A stretch of DNA of 64,000 nt from contig CAXXXD010000001.1 in the NCBI GenBank assembly GCA_963663385.2, forward strand, positions 288,001 to 352,000, given 5' to 3'. The position numbers were made by a program, and so were the translations under genes. Source of the DNA: Oceanispirochaeta sp. (lineage in GTDB: Bacteria; Spirochaetota; Spirochaetia; DSM-2461). The notes under the pieces were generated by a model. It worked only from the letters and a program-made list of their open reading frames with translations. It was not told the origin of the DNA and did not search any database. Shown here piece by piece: positions 29,366-38,350 of the stretch; within the stretch, counting starts at the first letter, position 1; the number at the start of each line of letters is the position of its first letter.

Positions 29366-30543
29366 TAACGGCCTCCTGTATATGTACTGGAAATAGACCT
29401 GAGACGGGTAACGGTCTTATTAATCACTTCAATAGCCCGGTCAATTTCCTGTTCTGTTGTAAATCGGGAAAGACTGAATCTAACCCCCGTATGTGCCAGA
29501 TTATTATCGATATCCATTGCCTGAAAAGTGGCATCCGCTTCAAGATCCTCGGAAGAACAGGCACTGCCCGTGGAAGCGGCAATACCATTCTGATTCAAAT
29601 CCCACAGAAAGGCTTCTCCTTCTATACCCATAAAACTGGCAAGGATGGTGTTGGGCGTTCGGAGTTTCCTATCCCCTATAACAGCTGTATCCTTCAGAGA
29701 CAGGATAGCATCTTCCAGTTTATCCCTAAGCCTTCTTGTTTCGGTATTCAGAAAATCCAGATGTTCAATAGCCTGCTTCATGGCCAATCCCATTCCAACC
29801 ATATAGGGGACATTAACAGTTCCGGCCCGCTTGCGCCCCATCTGTTCCCCTCCGTGAAGAAGGGGAATAATCGGCAGATTCTGACGGATATATAGACCGC
29901 CGATCCCCTTGGGACCATGAAATTTATGAGAACTGAAAGTCAGGTAATCAACCGGAACCTCTTTCATATCCACCGGAATTTTTCCGACAGCCTGGACGGC
30001 ATCGGAATGAAAAGGAACACCTTCCCCTTTACAGTAGCCGGCCAGTTCCTTAATCGGATTAATCAGTCCGGTTTCGTTGTTGGCCCACATAATGGATACT
30101 AGAGAGGTCTCTCCCGGTTTCAGATATTCTTTCAGAGCATCCAGGGTTACAATCCCATCCTTGTTGACAGGCAGATAGCTGACCTCCACCCCCGGCAGGG
30201 TCTCAAGAAACTGGCAGGTATGCAGAACAGCCGGATGTTCTATTTCTGATGTAATGATATGACAGGGTTTTCCCTGGGAAACGGCAGAAAAGTATGCATT
30301 TTTCAATACCGTGTTATTGCCCTCGGTTGCACAACCATTTATAATTATATCATCTTGATCGTTGGCATGAAGTCCTTCATACAAACGATCAAGAGCTATA
30401 CTCATTTCCGGATGGGTTTCTGTTCCGAATCGGTGCAGGGAATTCGGATTACCGTAATATTGACAGAAAAAGGGATCCATCGCCTGTTTAACAAGGGGAT
30501 CCACCACTGTGGTGGCATTACTGTCAAGGTATATTCTTTCCAT
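29365..30543 (-). CDS. nifS: Cysteine desulfurase NifS/IscS
   Basis: YLDSNATT, GNPNSLH, HSDAVQ, SSHKFHGPKG and STGSACSS. Confidence 0.93.
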   Translation of the reverse strand: MERIYLDSNATTVVDPLVKQAMDPFFCQYYGNPNSLHRFGTETHPEMSIALDRLYEGLHANDQDDIIINGCATEGNNTVLKNAYFSAVSQGKPCHIITSEIEHPAVLHTCQFLETLPGVEVSYLPVNKDGIVTLDALKEYLKPGETSLVSIMWANNETGLINPIKELAGYCKGEGVPFHSDAVQAVGKIPVDMKEVPVDYLTFSSHKFHGPKGIGGLYIRQNLPIIPLLHGGEQMGRKRAGTVNVPYMVGMGLAMKQAIEHLDFLNTETRRLRDKLEDAILSLKDTAVIGDRKLRTPNTILASFMGIEGEAFLWDLNQNGIAASTGSACSSEDLEADATFQAMDIDNNLAHTGVRFSLSRFTTEQEIDRAIEVINKTVTRLRSISSTYTGGR

Positions 30544-30745
30544 TGATATGACTCCTGTTCCAGACTAATATACTCATTTTTGCGTTAGAAGCAAACACAT
30601 ACCTGGGCATATATTACTATTTTTGTAATATTTTTTCACTTTTTCTTGTCCATCTGAGAACCCCTGAGTATATTCATAATTATGTTGGATCTGAAACTGA
30701 CCAGTAGCCATTATCTGATAGTATAGACAATTTCCGGGAGACTTC

Positions 30746-31612
30746 ATGGAAGAATCCAGACTGGGAATGCAGCATCAGCCCCTGCTTGTTCCCCTATTGA
30801 AATACATACATATTCCTCTTTCCGAATACTGCTTTGCCAATCTGTATTTTTTCAGGGAGACCCATTCCTACAATGTCCTGGAGGTAGATAGGGAGTACTT
30901 CCTCTCGGGAATAAGCTATGATAAAAAGCGCTATCTGATGCCTCTGAAAGACCTGAAGAAGAATCCTGAGTATAAAGAGAGCCTTCTAAAACTGGGAAAG
31001 GAAGGAGGCTATGATCTGATTTTTCCAATCCCCGAAACCTGGCTGCCTGAATTTGAAGGCCTTGAACTGAAAACGGATTACCTGGAACAGGACTCAGACT
31101 ATCTGTACAGAACCGAAAAAATGCAGACCTATTCCGGAAGAAAACTTCATAAGAAGCGGAACCTTCTAAAGCAGTTCAAGGAGCTGAATAACGCCGAAAC
31201 GCAAATTATGGATGCCTCCAATATTCATGAACCTCTGGAACTCCTTGATCTATGGCAGGCCTCTTCCACTCAGGAGATGGGGGATTCCGATTACTACCAA
31301 TGCCGGGATGCTTTGATTCATCGGGACAGCTTCAATCTGAAGGGTGCTGTATTCTATGCAGATAAAACAGCTGTGGGATTTATGATTGGCGAGGCTGTCA
31401 GCGATTCCGTCTTTACCATTCATTTCGCCAAAGGAAATGTTTCTGCCAAGGGGATCTACCAGTATATGTTTAATCAGTATTCCCTGGATTTCTGCAGGGA
31501 TTATGAATTTATCAATCTGGAGCAGGATCTGGGCATTGAGGGGTTACGCAAAACAAAAAGATCCTATGTCCCCGATCATATGGCATATAAATATCGAATC
31601 CATCTGAAATAA
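30746..31612 (+). CDS. DUF2156 / phosphatidylglycerol lysyltransferase-domain (GNAT-like) protein
   Basis: SEYCFANLY, SDYLY, GRKLHKKRN, IHFAKG and INLEQDLGIEGLRKTKRSY. Confidence 0.85.
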   Translation: MEESRLGMQHQPLLVPLLKYIHIPLSEYCFANLYFFRETHSYNVLEVDREYFLSGISYDKKRYLMPLKDLKKNPEYKESLLKLGKEGGYDLIFPIPETWLPEFEGLELKTDYLEQDSDYLYRTEKMQTYSGRKLHKKRNLLKQFKELNNAETQIMDASNIHEPLELLDLWQASSTQEMGDSDYYQCRDALIHRDSFNLKGAVFYADKTAVGFMIGEAVSDSVFTIHFAKGNVSAKGIYQYMFNQYSLDFCRDYEFINLEQDLGIEGLRKTKRSYVPDHMAYKYRIHLK

Positions 31613-31659
31613 CCTTAATATCATTGATTCATACCTGTATGTGATGATAAAGTCTGGCT

Positions 31660-33444
31660 ATGGAACAAATGAAACGCACCGTTACCTGCGGCGGATTGAC
31701 CGCAAAAAACGAAGGACAAACAATCATTTTAAATGGATGGGTTCACAGAAACAGGGACCACGGCGGAGTCCATTTTATAAACCTGAGAGATAGATACGGG
31801 GAAACCCAGATAGTAGTAGACGAAAACGCCCCGGAGACTCTCAAGAAGAAAGCCGACAGCCTGAAATTCGAATACTGCGTAGCAATGGAAGGAGTTGTAA
31901 GACTCCGTCCGGAAAATATGATCAATCCGGATATGGCAACGGGAGAAGTTGAAGTTTCCGTAAAGGAAATAACAGTTCTCAATGAGTGTCTGACCCTGCC
32001 TTTCATGATAGACGAGGAGACAGACAGCAATGAAACCGCCCGTTTGAAATACCGCTACCTGGACCTCCGGTCTCAGGGTATGCAGAACAGGATTATTCTC
32101 CGTAACAAGGTAACCTACGCCTTGAGAGAGTACCTGCAGAAGAATGATTTTCTTGAAATTGAAACCCCCACTCTTATAAAGTCCACCCCGGAAGGAGCCA
32201 GAGATTTCCTGGTTCCCTCCAGACTGCATGCGGGCAGGTTTTTTGCCCTCCCCCAGTCTCCCCAGCTCTATAAGCAGCTGCTGATGGTTTCGGGGTTTGA
32301 CAAATATTTCCAGGTAGCCCGCTGTTACAGGGACGAGGATGCCAGAGGGGATCGTCAGCTTGAATTCACCCAGATCGATATGGAGATGAGTTTTGTCTCC
32401 CGTGATGATATTTTCAAAATTACCGAAGGCATGATGGGGCATATTTTCAAGGAGTCACTGGGGATTGACCTTCCTGTGGAGTTTGAACGCCTCACCTACG
32501 ATGATGCCATGAACTTCTATGGAAGCGACAAACCGGACCTTCGTTTCGGTATGGCCTTTAAGGATTTTGCACCTTTCGTGCCGGCCAGCAGCTTTAGTGT
32601 ATTCAAATCCGTTCTGGAAGAAGGTGGAGCTGTTAAGGCTCTGGTTGTACCCGGTGCGGCGGCAGACTACTCCAGAAAGAAAATCAGCGACCTGGAAGAA
32701 ACTGCCAAAACCTATGGGGCAAAAGGCCTGGCCTGGATGAAGGTGACAGCCGACGGGCTGGACGGCGGCGTTTCAAAATTCTATGCCGATCAGGCGGAAG
32801 CCATCTGCAGCGGACTGGAAGCAAAAGAGGGGGACCTTATCCTTCTGATGGGAGCCTCCTGGAAAGTAGCCTGCAACTCCCTGGGGGCCGTTCGATCCAG
32901 ACTGGGTAAAGATCTCAGTCTGATCGACGAGAGTCAGTTCAAGTTTGCCTGGATCATTGACTTCCCTCTTTTTGAATGGAATGAGGAGGAACAGGCCTGG
33001 GAACCGGCTCACCACATGTTTTCCATGCCCCAGGAACAGTTCCTGGAAACCATGGAGTCCGATCCGGGCCCCGTCAAGGGAGACCTGTACGACCTTGTTC
33101 TGAACGGCTATGAACTGGCCAGCGGTTCCATCAGGGTTCACGATCCTGAACTGCAGCAGAGGATATTCAATGTTGTAGGCTTCCCCAAAGAAGTTGCGGA
33201 AGAACGGTTCGGCTTTCTTTTGGAATCTTTCCGCTACGGTGCGCCTCCTCACGGAGGAATTGCAGCCGGGCTGGACAGGCTTGTTATGATTATGGCCGGC
33301 AAGGAGTCCATTAAAGAGGTTATTCCCTTTCCGAAGAACAACGCCGGTATGTCCCCCATGGATGAAAGCCCCGCCACCGTTGATGAGGATCAGCTGAAAG
33401 ATCTTCACCTGGATATTGTCCTACCGGAAGAAAAAAGCGAATAA
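31660..33444 (+). CDS. aspS: Aspartate--tRNA ligase (RDHGG suggests the non-discriminating Asp/Asn type)
   Basis: YRYLDLR, TPEGARDF, LPQSPQLYKQLLM, CYRDEDARGDRQLEFTQ and PPHGGIAAGLDR. Confidence 0.97.
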   Translation: MEQMKRTVTCGGLTAKNEGQTIILNGWVHRNRDHGGVHFINLRDRYGETQIVVDENAPETLKKKADSLKFEYCVAMEGVVRLRPENMINPDMATGEVEVSVKEITVLNECLTLPFMIDEETDSNETARLKYRYLDLRSQGMQNRIILRNKVTYALREYLQKNDFLEIETPTLIKSTPEGARDFLVPSRLHAGRFFALPQSPQLYKQLLMVSGFDKYFQVARCYRDEDARGDRQLEFTQIDMEMSFVSRDDIFKITEGMMGHIFKESLGIDLPVEFERLTYDDAMNFYGSDKPDLRFGMAFKDFAPFVPASSFSVFKSVLEEGGAVKALVVPGAAADYSRKKISDLEETAKTYGAKGLAWMKVTADGLDGGVSKFYADQAEAICSGLEAKEGDLILLMGASWKVACNSLGAVRSRLGKDLSLIDESQFKFAWIIDFPLFEWNEEEQAWEPAHHMFSMPQEQFLETMESDPGPVKGDLYDLVLNGYELASGSIRVHDPELQQRIFNVVGFPKEVAEERFGFLLESFRYGAPPHGGIAAGLDRLVMIMAGKESIKEVIPFPKNNAGMSPMDESPATVDEDQLKDLHLDIVLPEEKSE

Positions 33445-33458
33445 GCCCTCTTCCCCGC

Positions 33459-33481
33459 CCCTTCTCCCAGGGGGAGAAGGG
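33459..33481. repeat. REP-like hairpin
   Basis: CCCTTCTCCC-AGG-GGGAGAAGGG, a perfect 10-bp stem. Confidence 0.5.
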
Positions 33482-33495
33482 AGGAATCAAGACAT

Positions 33496-33528
33496 AAAAA
33501 ACCGCCGATGTAATATTGGCGGTTTTTT
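33496..33528. terminator. Bidirectional intrinsic terminator between aspS and the convergent cNMP gene
   Basis: AAAAAACCGCCGAT-GTAAT-ATTGGCGGTTTTTT. Confidence 0.85.
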
Positions 33529-33609
33529 AGATCAAATAGCAGATCCAGGTTTCATCATTCAAGTCTTTACAGATGGATTATATTTAGATCCCCGAGCGGA
33601 GTCGAGGGG

Positions 33610-34938
33610 CTAAATCGTCAAATCGTTTTTTTCATCCTCATCGTTCAATGTCTTAACAATAAACTCGTTTGTGCGCTGCAGACGGTTGGCCAGCAGACGA
33701 CTGATAAAGAGCCCGTACTGGGGAAACCTTTTAAGAACCTGAATGAAGGATTTGCGGGGTATCCGAATCAGCTTTCCAGGAGTTTCAGCAATGACAGAGG
33801 CACTTCTGTTTTTGTTGAGAAGAAAAGCCATCTCCCCCATAAAGACATCCTCCGGGGTAATATGACCCACAACCTTCCCGTGGTGTACAACCTTGTAATT
33901 TCCGCTGGAAATATAGAATATGGAATCACCCGGATCACCGGCGCGGACCACAACATCCCCCGGCCGGATGGCAAGCATTTCCTCTCCCGAAAATCCGGCA
34001 GGTGTCAAACGCTCATGCAGTTTCCGGTTTTTCATTATCATGGAAACCTGAGTTCCCTTCTTGTTGAAGAAAATCCGGTCTGCCACAATCCTGGAAAGGA
34101 GAATGCCTCTCCCGCTGAGAGAGTCGGAAGTGGCCTTCTGCAGACTTTTTTTAAACTGGTCCACATCAAAACCTTCCCCCTCGTCACTTATAATAAACCG
34201 GGACTCCTCTTCTGTAAGATCCCATTCCAGAAGTACTTTTTTTCTTGCAACTTCCGGGTCCTGGTTTCTATCGGATATCATCTGAATCAGGCTGGAGCCT
34301 GTGGCAAGCCCCTCGTCCCTGACCTCTCTGCTGATTCCGCAGTTTCCATGTTCTATGGCATTTAAAACCAATTCGGAAAGGGCCATCTGGAGTTTGAAAC
34401 GTTCTTCGTCTGTAATCCGGCCGGAGCGGACCATATTGATGGCGAGTAATCCGGCATAGACGGAAGCAACGGCATAATCCGAATTACTGATGGAAAAAGC
34501 TCCGGAAAATTTATTCAGAATACTGTCTGCCAGCTCGTTTTGATAAATCAGCTGCCTGTTGGCGTAGACAATAGAGAGGATTTTGCTGAAGTGCGTCCTG
34601 ATCTGGGAATAGTCCAGCAGTGCCAGAAGGTTAAGGTGCCTGTACTGATCCAGCAGCCTGGATTCTTCATGCCGTCCCAGGTCATATACACCGATCAGTC
34701 CGGAACTGTGCAGCCAGGAGTCTTCCAGAATCTTCTCCTTGAGATGAGTCAGGTCCAGCTTTTTATCCGACAGGTGAACAATGGTCAGATCCGGAAGTTC
34801 GAAATTCAGCAGATCCAGAGCCTCCGATACATTGTCGGTAAAACGCAAATGGAAATCTCCGGGGAATTCATTTTGAATAACCCGTTCGATTCCCTGATTG
34901 ATGATGGAATCACTGCATATTGTTGCTATCGTATTCAT
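33610..34938 (-). CDS. Receiver-like, RsbW-type HATPase and cyclic-nucleotide-binding domain protein
   Basis: ELVLNAIEHGN, DEGEGFD and GRGILL (anti-sigma kinase-like ATPase); GDPGDSIFYISSG, FMGEMA and RSASV (CNB domain). Confidence 0.8.
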   Translation of the reverse strand: MNTIATICSDSIINQGIERVIQNEFPGDFHLRFTDNVSEALDLLNFELPDLTIVHLSDKKLDLTHLKEKILEDSWLHSSGLIGVYDLGRHEESRLLDQYRHLNLLALLDYSQIRTHFSKILSIVYANRQLIYQNELADSILNKFSGAFSISNSDYAVASVYAGLLAINMVRSGRITDEERFKLQMALSELVLNAIEHGNCGISREVRDEGLATGSSLIQMISDRNQDPEVARKKVLLEWDLTEEESRFIISDEGEGFDVDQFKKSLQKATSDSLSGRGILLSRIVADRIFFNKKGTQVSMIMKNRKLHERLTPAGFSGEEMLAIRPGDVVVRAGDPGDSIFYISSGNYKVVHHGKVVGHITPEDVFMGEMAFLLNKNRSASVIAETPGKLIRIPRKSFIQVLKRFPQYGLFISRLLANRLQRTNEFIVKTLNDEDEKNDLTI

Positions 34939-35030
34939 ATAATCCTGACTCTTCTATCTCCGGCTGAAAGTTAATAATTAATATTAATTGATTTCTGATA
35001 GGAAAGCCAGCACCTTTTTATTTTATTGAC

Positions 35031-35056
35031 TAATCTGTGAATATTTTCACAGATTA
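35031..35056. promoter_or_regulatory. Rex operator (ROP)-like palindrome
   Basis: TAATCTGTGAA-TATT-TTCACAGATTA contains TGTGAA-N4-TTCACA and overlaps TTGACT at 35026-35031. Confidence 0.75.
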
Positions 35057-35095
35057 GAGTTGTGCTTTTTCAACCCTTGCATTAAAGTCTCAAAC

Positions 35096-35728
35096 ATGAG
35101 GTCAGACAAGCTTTCAAAAGTGTCCCGGATGAGGATGCTTCGACTCTATTTATACCTGAACAGTCTTGAACCGGAATGGCTGGATATAAAAATGACCTCT
35201 GAAGAACTGGCAAAAGAGATGAACAGTACTGCCGTATCAGTCAGAAAGGATTTGAATTCCATTGGCTGCCGGGCCGAGGGCTGGGGCTATCCTCTGGGAA
35301 GCCTGACCAGACAGCTCAGGATAAAGCTGCTGCCTGATTCAGTTGTAAAGGCGGGATTATGCGGTCTGGAACCCTGGGGCACAATTCTTTTGAACAACAG
35401 CAATCTCCTGCCGGGGATTGAGATTGTGGCCGGTTTTGACAGCAGCATGAACAGGCTGGAACGGACAAGTGCGAAAGTGCCTCTTTTTCCGGCATATGAG
35501 ATAACCGAAATATTTGGAAGGGAGAAAATTCTGTTCGGGATTATCTCCTCAGGCGGAGAAAATGCTCAGAAGATCGCCGACAGGATGATAAAGGGCGGCA
35601 CCCTGGCCATATTGAATATGACCCCCTGCCCCATACGGGTACCGGAAGATGTTTTCACCTATCAGGCAGATTTTCAAAGCGGGATACTGAAGCTCCTCTC
35701 ACTTATGAGCGGAACTTTTAACACATAA
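35096..35728 (+). CDS. Rex-like redox-sensing repressor (divergent)
   Basis: RLYLYL, SEELAKEM...VRKDLNSIG..GWGY winged helix, IVAGFD and AILNMTP. The Rossmann GxGxxG motif is not conserved. Confidence 0.75.
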   Translation: MRSDKLSKVSRMRMLRLYLYLNSLEPEWLDIKMTSEELAKEMNSTAVSVRKDLNSIGCRAEGWGYPLGSLTRQLRIKLLPDSVVKAGLCGLEPWGTILLNNSNLLPGIEIVAGFDSSMNRLERTSAKVPLFPAYEITEIFGREKILFGIISSGGENAQKIADRMIKGGTLAILNMTPCPIRVPEDVFTYQADFQSGILKLLSLMSGTFNT

Positions 35729-35754
35729 AAAAATAGGAATATCAGGAGTTCACA

Positions 35755-36927
35755 ATGTTTGCCATTCAGACTTTAAACAAAATTTCGTCCAAAGGACTGG
35801 ATCGACTGCCGCGGGAACAGTTTGAGACAGCCACCGAACTGACTCACCCGGATGCGATTCTTGTCAGGAGCTACAAGATCCAGCAAGAAGAGATCAAGGA
35901 AACCGTAAAAGCCATAGGCAGAGCCGGAGCAGGTGTCAACAATATCCCCGTGGAATACTGTACAGAGAAGGGAATTGTTGTTTTCAATACCCCCGGAGCT
36001 AATGCCAACAGCGTAAAGGAACTTGTTCTGACAGGCCTGTTCATCTCATCCCGAAACATCAATGCAGGAATCAATTGGGTTCAAAGTCTCAAAAAGGACG
36101 ACGAAGTTCCCAGGCTTGTGGAAAAGGAGAAATCCAGGTTTGCCGGTCCCGAAGTACAGGGGAAAAAACTGGGTGTTATCGGACTCGGGGCCATTGGTGT
36201 ACTGGTCTCCAACGCAGCCCTCAGCCTTGGAATGGAAGTTACCGGTTATGACCCTTTTATCTCCATCAATGCAGCCTGGGGACTCTCCCCGGATGTAAAG
36301 AAAGCGAATTCCCTGGATCAGCTAATTGCCAATTCCGATTACATCAGCCTCCATATTCCCCTGACAGATAAAACCAGAGGAATTATCGATCAGAGTCAGT
36401 TCGATATTATGCAGAAAGGAACCCGTCTGATGAACTTTGCCAGGGGAGGCCTGGTTAATAACGAGAGCTTGAAAAAAGCCATTGAAGATGGAAAAATCAG
36501 CTATTACGTAACCGACTTTCCTGATGGAGACCTCCTGGGTAATCCCAATATCATAACCATCCCCCATCTGGGAGCCTCTTCTCCCGAGGCAGAGGAAAAC
36601 TGCGCCGTAATGGCTGCAAACCAGATACGGGCATTTCTTGAGACGGGAAATATAACCAACTCTGTTAACTTCCCCAAATGCGTTATGGACTATGAGGGAG
36701 GTCACCGCATCCTCATTGCCAATAAAAATATCCCCAACATGGTTGGTCAGATCTCTACAACCCTGGCAGACAGCGGATTGAACATTCAGGAGATGATGAA
36801 TAAACACCAGGATGATATTGCCTACAACATAATCGATGTATCAGGGGAACCCGATGCGGCTCTGATTCAGAAACTGAAAGAGATTGAAGGCGTTGTTATG
36901 GTAAGGCACATTACTCCGGAAGAGTAA
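35755..36927 (+). CDS. serA: D-3-phosphoglycerate dehydrogenase with ACT domain
   Basis: RAGAGVNNI, NTPGANANSV, GLGAIG, NFARG and PHLGAS; C-terminal ACT (NKNIPNMVG). Confidence 0.88.
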   Translation: MFAIQTLNKISSKGLDRLPREQFETATELTHPDAILVRSYKIQQEEIKETVKAIGRAGAGVNNIPVEYCTEKGIVVFNTPGANANSVKELVLTGLFISSRNINAGINWVQSLKKDDEVPRLVEKEKSRFAGPEVQGKKLGVIGLGAIGVLVSNAALSLGMEVTGYDPFISINAAWGLSPDVKKANSLDQLIANSDYISLHIPLTDKTRGIIDQSQFDIMQKGTRLMNFARGGLVNNESLKKAIEDGKISYYVTDFPDGDLLGNPNIITIPHLGASSPEAEENCAVMAANQIRAFLETGNITNSVNFPKCVMDYEGGHRILIANKNIPNMVGQISTTLADSGLNIQEMMNKHQDDIAYNIIDVSGEPDAALIQKLKEIEGVVMVRHITPEE

Positions 36928-36932
36928 TATCC

Positions 36933-37631
36933 TTAGTTGGCGGGATAATTTTTTAAATCATCCAGAAGATACAGGATCCGGACAAATGAACTGTATTGTC
37001 CGGATCCAATAACGATCCGGGGGGGGTGACTGAGAGTAAGAACCCCTCTCACTTCCCGGGGTCTGTTGTAGTGAAACTTCCGCAAATCTTCCCGGAGGGC
37101 CTGTTTTACAGCCTGAACCATGGCCTCAGTTCTACCGCCCTCTCCATAGATATCAGCCTGTCCCCGGCCTCCTGCAGCCCGATAACAGGTATTTGCATAC
37201 CGGGACAAACGCCTCTTCTGATACTCATCCGGCCAATAGGTAAAATGGATTCTGATATTTTCAAAATCTCCCGTCACGCTTTCCACATGCAGGGCGGGAT
37301 CTCCCCGGGAAATTGTGGCGAGGGGTTCCAGGTTGAACTGATCCTCCACCTCCAGATGATCTGCTCCGGGAACATAGAAGAAACTGAAACCGTAAATCAT
37401 TCCGGAAAATATCCACCGGGCTTCCTCCAGGAGAACTTCAACAGCCAGGTCCTGGACTTTCTGAAGATCATCGGGAGGAGAACCTATTCCATCTCCGGGC
37501 TTCATCAGGGAAAAGCCGAAAAGAGAGAGGTCTTCGCTTAATTCAATGGAAAGATAGGGATCCTGAGCAGACAGCGGAAAACCTATCAGCCAGAGAACAC
37601 TGAGCGCTGCAATTACCCGCCGGTTCATCAC
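36933..37631 (-). CDS. Exported hypothetical protein (spirochaete-type)
   Basis: Signal peptide; translationally close to the rhomboid gene; FSGMIYGFSFFYVP segment. Confidence 0.65.
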   Translation of the reverse strand: MMNRRVIAALSVLWLIGFPLSAQDPYLSIELSEDLSLFGFSLMKPGDGIGSPPDDLQKVQDLAVEVLLEEARWIFSGMIYGFSFFYVPGADHLEVEDQFNLEPLATISRGDPALHVESVTGDFENIRIHFTYWPDEYQKRRLSRYANTCYRAAGGRGQADIYGEGGRTEAMVQAVKQALREDLRKFHYNRPREVRGVLTLSHPPRIVIGSGQYSSFVRILYLLDDLKNYPAN

Positions 37632-37634
37632 TTC

Positions 37635-38291
37635 TCAGTTCCAGGGATTTCCCCGGGAGTCTTTAAATACAGTGACAGGATCCATTCCCAGCCTGATAAT
37701 GAAATAAAGATACCCGAACAGGAGACCGGCCAGATGAGTCATATGAGCAACACCGCCCTGCAGACCGAATACCATGGAAAAAATTTCAATTGCCGCATAG
37801 AGGGTTACCATAACAGGTGTTCTCATGGGGAGAATTCCAAACAGATAAACCCTTGAGTGAGGGAAAAACACGGCAAAAGCGAGCAGAATGGCAAACAGCC
37901 CCCCCGAGGCTCCCATAAGAAAGACCATATAAGCTCCGGTCAGCAGGTAGACGACCAGAGAAAACAGACCGGATAAGATGCCTGTCAGAAAGTAGTACAC
38001 GAGGAATTCAGTTGAGCCCATCCGCTCTTCCAGCTGGGGTCCGAAAAAGAACAGCCCCAGCATATTAAAAAGGATATGATTCATCCCTCCATGAACAAAC
38101 ATGTATGTCAGAGGGGTCCAGTAAAAATGTCTTTGAATAAAGAGGACCGGGTTTAAAGCCAGATAGGCCCGTATCTGAGGAAAGAGATAGGTTAAAAAAT
38201 AAACGGCAAGATTAACACCGATTAAAATAAGAGAATAATTTGAAAAATGATAGGGAAAGCTTTTTCGTATCCCTTTTCCGTATTGCTGCAT
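37635..38291 (-). CDS. Rhomboid family intramembrane serine protease
   Basis: TYMFVHGG..HILFNM, GASGG (catalytic Ser) and AHMTHLAG (catalytic His). Confidence 0.93.
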   Translation of the reverse strand: MQQYGKGIRKSFPYHFSNYSLILIGVNLAVYFLTYLFPQIRAYLALNPVLFIQRHFYWTPLTYMFVHGGMNHILFNMLGLFFFGPQLEERMGSTEFLVYYFLTGILSGLFSLVVYLLTGAYMVFLMGASGGLFAILLAFAVFFPHSRVYLFGILPMRTPVMVTLYAAIEIFSMVFGLQGGVAHMTHLAGLLFGYLYFIIRLGMDPVTVFKDSRGNPWN

Positions 38292-38350
38292 GATTATAAG
38301 GTAACCCTGCCCCGGAGAAAGATCAATCTTTTCTCCCGATTTATCTCATC

